DNA of 64,000 nt from Hydrolagus colliei (taxonomy: Eukaryota), in contig CM068742.1 of NCBI GenBank assembly GCA_035084275.1, positions 135,842,001 through 135,906,000 of the forward strand, given 5' to 3'. Numbering within the stretch: position 1 is the stretch's first letter; every line of letters begins with the position of its first letter. Below, piece after piece: positions 63,369-64,000 of the stretch. A program made the translations under genes and the position numbers. Below the pieces are notes generated by a model. It was not told where the DNA came from. It did no database searches and worked only from the letters and a program-made list of their open reading frames with translations.

Positions 63369-64000
63369 AATATCTGTCTATTTCAATTTTCAAGCTGCAA
63401 TGTAAAATATTACCTCTTGGGTATAAGAAGCAATATTATTTGTGTAATAATACTCGGCTTTCTGATTGATTCAGTAGATGGTTGTACTATATTTACTTGC
63501 AGTTTACAAAACCTTCAGTCACCTTTACGGCATTTTCCTGCAATTTTTAAAGTATATATAACAGGATGTAACATAATTGGCAGATGAATGTGGACAAATT
63601 GCTCAAATTTAATCTTTTTCTTCAATATAATATTGAAGTGTGAAAACTTCAAGACGCTGATCCATTACCTTGAACAATCATCAGCTGGAGTAACAATTAA
63701 AATGCTATTTTGGTCTCTATTTTTTCACTATGAAATCTTGGAAAATATTAATTAAACTGACAGTAGAAAGCACTAGACTAACATGGCCAGAAAAGAAAGG
63801 TCATGGGATCAATAGTTCTACTAAAAACCACAGGGTCTACAGTTTTAACATGCTTTTATTTGCTTCACAAATATTGGAATAAATCTGCCTCATAGTAGTA
63901 TTATTTTATCTTCTCGTACAGAGCCATAGAGAAAGACAAAGAAGTGCACTGAATCTCTGCTCTGGCTACTATAAATAGAATTTGAAACTATGATGGGTTC

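Noticed and set aside
63668-63700. Possible RNF180 micro-exon (ccag|CTGATGATTGTTCAAG|gtaatg on the minus strand)
   Set aside because: 16 nt, not frame-preserving and with no recognisable RNF180 similarity; upstream RNF180 exons probably lie beyond 64000.

Overview
This is vertebrate nuclear DNA. The repeat content (tRNA-headed Deu-type SINEs, abundant L2 and CR1 LINE fragments, Penelope-type palindromes) points to a cartilaginous fish, most likely a holocephalan such as Callorhinchus; that assignment is inferred, not proven. Three spliced genes are present. (1) The 5' end of RGS7BP is on the minus strand (exon 1 7123-7276, exon 2 4024-4190), with an apparent +1 homopolymer frameshift in exon 1. 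(2) A complete 8-exon, 568-aa calcineurin-like 5'-nucleotidase (UshA/CD73 fold, CG11883-type) is on the plus strand at 13408-37586. It has no signal peptide or GPI tail and shows altered metal- and substrate-binding residues; by position it is probably the Nt5el orthologue. (3) The last three coding exons of RNF180 are on the minus strand (57662-57890, 55040-55165, 54312-54514). The rest is introns and intergenic DNA rich in transposons: three copies of a TA-flanked MITE (two form a ~620-bp inverted pair), a Tigger-like element, a 1.85-kb hAT element with a perfect 8-bp TSD and a relic BED-finger exon, and Penelope palindromes with hammerhead-ribozyme relics. The best novelty candidates are the uncharacterised intracellular nucleotidase paralogue, a UUCG-hairpin motif shared between an L2 5' end and three older dispersed copies, and a 24-bp minisatellite in RGS7BP intron 1 that reads as an array of RAG heptamers / cryptic 23-RSS and metal-response elements. 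All family names were recognised by eye; no database search was run.
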